From: Ginglymostoma cirratum | Taxonomy: Eukaryota | Reading direction: 5' to 3' | DNA: 64,000 nucleotides | NCBI GenBank assembly: GCA_024137785.1 | Contig: JAHRHZ010000075.1 | Span: forward strand, 1,029,210 to 1,093,209 | Shown here: in pieces, positions 59,671-64,000 of the stretch | Position numbering within the stretch: the first letter of the stretch is position 1 | Layout of the letters: each line of letters begins with the position of its first letter | Made by a program: the position numbers and the translations under genes | The notes under the pieces: generated by a model | What the model saw: the letters and a program-made list of their open reading frames with translations, nothing else | Told to the model about the DNA's origin: nothing | Database searches by the model: none

Positions 59671-61499
59671 TGGCCGAAATGATGTTTTGCGTCATGGAAC
59701 TGATGCCATTTGCATCTGATGGCATTGACAATATCCAGGGTGATGCACCATCTCAAATCCTACTAATGCTTTCCATTTCATTCCATTTTCCTCACCACAG
59801 TCTCTACTTATGTATTTTTGCTGTCAGATGCCTGAAAATTGCCTCCAGGCCATGCATTGTAGTCTCACCATAAAGAATGTGAGCAATAGTAGACCTCTGC
59901 TGAAGCAGCATTATAACTTGATCTAGCACTCATAGCTATCTGCTCCACATACATTACAGCTGTATAGGTTCAGGATTGACATATGATATGTCACTGGCCA
60001 CAAGTAGGCTGTACCCAGCCTGGAAGAAAGGTCACTGTGTGTGCCAAATCACCAAAGGAAGAATCTGCCCTTGAGTTCCACTGCAGAGGACGTAGATGAG
60101 GACTTCAGTGCAATGATGTACATAGATACTAATGGTCATGCACACTAGAATGCCTGGTACTGTCAAAAAGGCCTGTCAAAAAGCTGGTAGTATTTTTTAA
60201 AAGTTCCATATTCAACCTGGTACAGTGTTTTGTGCCGAGTTTGGAATCTATCCTTTCCCGGGAAGACATGTTGTCTCCATGCCAACGCTAGCAGATGCAG
60301 TGGTTGATGTTAAAGCTTCCATTCCAGCACAAACAGAAATCTTTGGTGTAATGCCTGGGTGATATAGCAGAAGCTTTGCCTGAGGTCATGAATTCTATGC
60401 TTGCTCCCATACAAGCTCTGACAGATGTCATCATAGATGCAAATGTCAGTACCCAAAGGGCTATGGGCACTCTCCTAACAGTTCAACAATGGATAATGAG
60501 GCATGCTGAGGTGCTGCCTGAGAACAGTGGCAGCAGCTTTGTGCCATCTGTCCTCTGCCAGGAAGAAACCTATGATCCCACGACTACCACTCTACAAATG
60601 TCTTTCTGTTGCATCCCAGCCTGTTAGACCAGTCAGCTGCCAGCCATTCTAAGGTGGTGCTGTCTGAAATCAGGAATTTAAGAGCAAGACCTACTAGAAA
60701 GCATTCTCTGAAGCCATTTTCGGTCTCTCCCAATAATCAGCCAGCCATGCTGCAGCCATTGGAGCACTAAACCAGGCGAGATAATGCACATGACAGGCAG
60801 TAAGAGATGCAAGAAAGGTCAAAATTCAGTTTGGCATGTGCTTTTAGAGATGATGCTGAATAAAGTTGCTGTGAAATGTATTTTGGAGATGGCTTCCATT
60901 TTGAAATTTTGGGTGTGAGGGGGTTGCAATTGCCCATAGCTGAGGGTTTGGAACATGAGGAATTGTTGAGTAACTGTGATGTAGTGATCCTGGGGAACTG
61001 TGGATTGAGTAACTCCTCATGGACAGCACATCCAGAGCAAAGCACTTTCATATGCTTCTTCCCTTGCTCCTCTTTCTTCCTCTCCTCTTCCCCCTTCTAT
61101 GGATGTGCCTTCTGGAGCCTATAAAGGCTGTGCCTGAATGTAAATGAGGTTTGGAGACCTGCTGATCATAGCACTCCCTCTCAGAGAGTGCTTTCAATGC
61201 TGGACAGGTGAGTGCTGACGTCTTGGAAGTCATTTCATCTGTTTTATTCAGCCATACTTCCCTGGTGTAATCCTTCTTTGGGGATGGGAAGAGCTTATTC
61301 CATCAAGGTGGTTCTCACTGGAGAGTTATACCCACTCTCTGCCTCCTTGTGGTCTCTGCCTACCCCTGAAGACATGTTCATTCTTCTCCTGAAAGTATTG
61401 GATGTAGAGATTAACATGACTCATAGCCTGTATGCATAGTAGGGAAGGGCAACATTTTTGGAGATTGTCTGTGAAGCATGGGTGTGAAAAAGTAATAGG

Positions 61500-62200
61500 T
61501 GAGTGTTGTTGACCTTTCTCATGGGCATGTGAGGTACCTGGAGTGAAAGGAATGAGTGAAGCTGTAAAGTATGTTAATTTGAGGAGACCCCTGGTGAAGA
61601 ACAATACAAAAATCTGTATGTGGTCTTAGCACTACAATGTCAATACCACTAACCTCTCCCACCCTCTTGACATCTTGGATCCTCCTGGTGCATTCCTCAT
61701 TTCTGTTTTAAATGAGTGACCCTTTATTTTTCAGTGGTGACCTCTGAATCACCCACAAACAGAAACATTCTTTCCACATCCAGTATGTGAAGCCCCCTCA
61801 GGACTTTATATGAGTCCATACATGGTCAGATGGTGAAGGGGAGTCTTGAGCCTGGTTGACAGTTCCTCAGAGTATCCTAAGATAGTGGAAATGGCTAACT
61901 CATACCAAATTTATATGCCACGGCTGTTGCCTGGAAAGTGTCTACTGCGAGGATGTTCTGTTCATGGTCACTTACTAAGCACACGTTGATGGAATAATAG
62001 CCCTTGTGGTTTCAATACATTTTTTGATTAATTTGCAGCATCTACTGAGCTGTATACGTGCAGTCGATAGCTGTTATGTCATTGAGAATTCCAACAGCCT
62101 GACAAAGTCATGTGCTCACCCCTCCTGCTTCTATCTGGCAAGATAGAAGGCAACGTAAGTCTTACTACCTCTATACAGGGGCTGCCACACCTCTCTGATG
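61500..62200 (-). mobile_element. Second fossil Harbinger transposase, convergent with the Myb-like remnant
   Basis: Minus strand: IREV../LYRGSKTYVAF (~62200-62145), AIDCT (62071-62057), NHKGYYSINVCLVSDHEQNILAVDTF/PGNS (~62011-61921) and RLKTPL. Interrupted by a CR1-like fragment at ~61630-61810. Confidence 0.82.
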
Positions 62201-62779
62201 TAGTGACCTGTAGTTTTATTTCAGATTTCCAGCATCTATAGCATTTTGCTTTTAGGTGATAGACATCACCCTGGTAAAGCTACAACTTGCAACTACTTGC
62301 CTGCTAAGAACTCAAAGCAGTATGTGATAAACAGAGCCAGGCGTTTCCAAAGCAATGGGTTAGATCTAAGTTCTGCAGACTTTCCACATCCAGTCATGAA
62401 TGATTGTTGGCAATTAAGTAGCTGATAGACATATTTCAATTTACAATGATAGGGGTGCCTAGCACATTAGTGCAAAAGACAACGATTCTCAGACAGCATT
62501 GTCTAAACCTGAGACATCAAACACTGGGAAGCACAAGGTTCGCAGATGCATGGCAGTATTTCAACCGAAAAGTTCTTCTCCAAGCTACACACCAACCTGA
62601 CTAGGAACAATATCCCATTCCTTCACTGTTGCTGGATCAGAATCCTGGAACTCACTCCCTAATAGCACTGTAGCAGTTAAAGAAAGCAGCTCACCAGCTC
62701 TTCTCCAGAACAGTTAATGATGGGCAAAACATCCTGGCCTAGCCAGTGATGCCCACATTCCATGAGAGGATTTAAAACA

Positions 62780-63330
62780 TTAATAGGAACATTGGAGCAA
62801 GAATAGGCCATTTAGCATCTTGAGTCAGAGATAGTAGGAACTGCAGATGCTGGACAATCTGAGATAACAAGGTGTAGAGCTGGATGAACACAACAGGCCA
62901 AGCAGCATCAGAGGAGCAGGAAGGCTGACGTTTCGGGCCAAGGGTCTAGGCCTGAAACGTCAGCTTTCCTGCTCCTCTGATGCTGCTTGGCCTGCAGTGT
63001 TCATCCAGTTCTACACCTTGTTATCTTAGCATCTTGAGTCATTTCAGTGAGATCATGGCCGATCTGTGGCCTAGGTGCAGATACCTGCCTTTGTGTCAGA
63101 TCCCTTAATACCTTGGCTGAACAGAGAATTATCTATTTCAGAGTTAAAATTAACAACTTATTGAGGATCCACAGCCATTTGTGGAAGAGAGTTCAAAACA
63201 TCTACCAACCTTTCTGTAGAAGTGCTTCCTAACTTTGATCAGATCACCCTTAACCTTCTAAATTCTAGAGAAAATGGGTCTAATTTGTATAATTTCTCCA
63301 CGTAACTTAACTCTTGAAGTCCAGGCAAGC
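62780..63330 (-). mobile_element. CR1 3' fragment interrupted by a fold-back insertion
   Basis: taggaacattggagcaagaataggccatttagc...gagatcatggccgatctg...agagttcaaaacatctacc. Confidence 0.72.
62828..63025. mobile_element. Penelope-derived near-perfect fold-back repeat, subfamily B
   Basis: 16-bp TSD TTAGCATCTTGAGTCA at 62812-62827 and 63026-63041. Arms 62862-62939 and 62949-63026 around a 9-nt loop. Confidence 0.92.
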
Positions 63331-64000
63331 TTTCTCCTGACAGGTCTTCCTGTCACTCTAACCTCCTTGTCTTTGTTAAGCACCACATCCTTGTCAATCC
63401 AAACACTTTTCCTAACTCCTTCAAGAGTGAAAGATAATAGAAAGTACCATGCCAATAAGTCCCATAGTGAGCACTTTAAATAATTCAAGTGCTGGTGTCT
63501 CCTGGTTGACTGGGTGTGTGTTGAGCTAGGAGTGATTAAAAGATGAAGTTAACAGGATCTTCAAGATTAGAAAATGTTAGTATGTGTGTCAAATCAGTGG
63601 TACTGGGTCTTTGATGTAACAGTCCATGTCCCACTGCATGCTCCTGGTACATACACAACATGTCCACTCCACTGCCTTTACAGTTAGAACCTGCCATTTT
63701 GGTCATCATGAACTTGGGTCAGAAGTGATGATATTTTTGTTGAAGGTTCAGGCCTGCATTGGGCCAGCACGGATGGCTCACTAAAGTCAAATTATCTGTT
63801 CAGACCTATTAAAATTTGCGGTTGTAATTCAGTGAATTTGAAGCCAAATTGGTGAGACTCTATGTCCTCTGGCTAGCCTCACACCACCTGCCTACAATTC
63901 AAATGTACCAACTTTAGTTGAATTATACATTTTGAGTTACCGTGAAACTGAAAGCACTTTGAATTGGTACAAGATGACTTGAGTATTTGCACTGGGAAAG

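Noticed and set aside
1-64000. CRISPR arrays, rRNA, genuine tRNA genes or prokaryote-type systems
   Set aside because: None seen. The tRNA-like A/B boxes belong to SINE heads, and the recurring repeats are dispersed retroelement copies, not regularly spaced arrays.

Overview
Vertebrate genomic DNA, almost certainly from a shark. The evidence is HE1-type SINEs, elasmobranch-style CR1 LINEs and Penelope-derived repeats; the exact species cannot be determined here. The only supportable host gene is a two-exon GDF6 (BMP13) on the + strand (15008..15383 joined to 24159..25051, 422 aa, phase-1 GT-AG intron). It sits in a broad CpG-retaining, transposon-poor domain (~12.3-27.7 kb). The flanks hold CR1, L2-like and RTE LINE remnants, SINEs, a Penelope GIY-YIG remnant and two decayed PIF/Harbinger transposons. 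The most notable non-obvious signal is a family of about a dozen short non-coding Penelope-derived insertions. Several carry a minimal hammerhead-ribozyme-like motif (CUGANGA-stem II-GAAAC-GUH), and several have 10-16 bp target-site duplications. Their 5' ends and fold-back apexes repeatedly map onto that motif. Ribozyme activity and novelty are untested inferences. Repeat boundaries were read by eye and are approximate unless a TSD is quoted.
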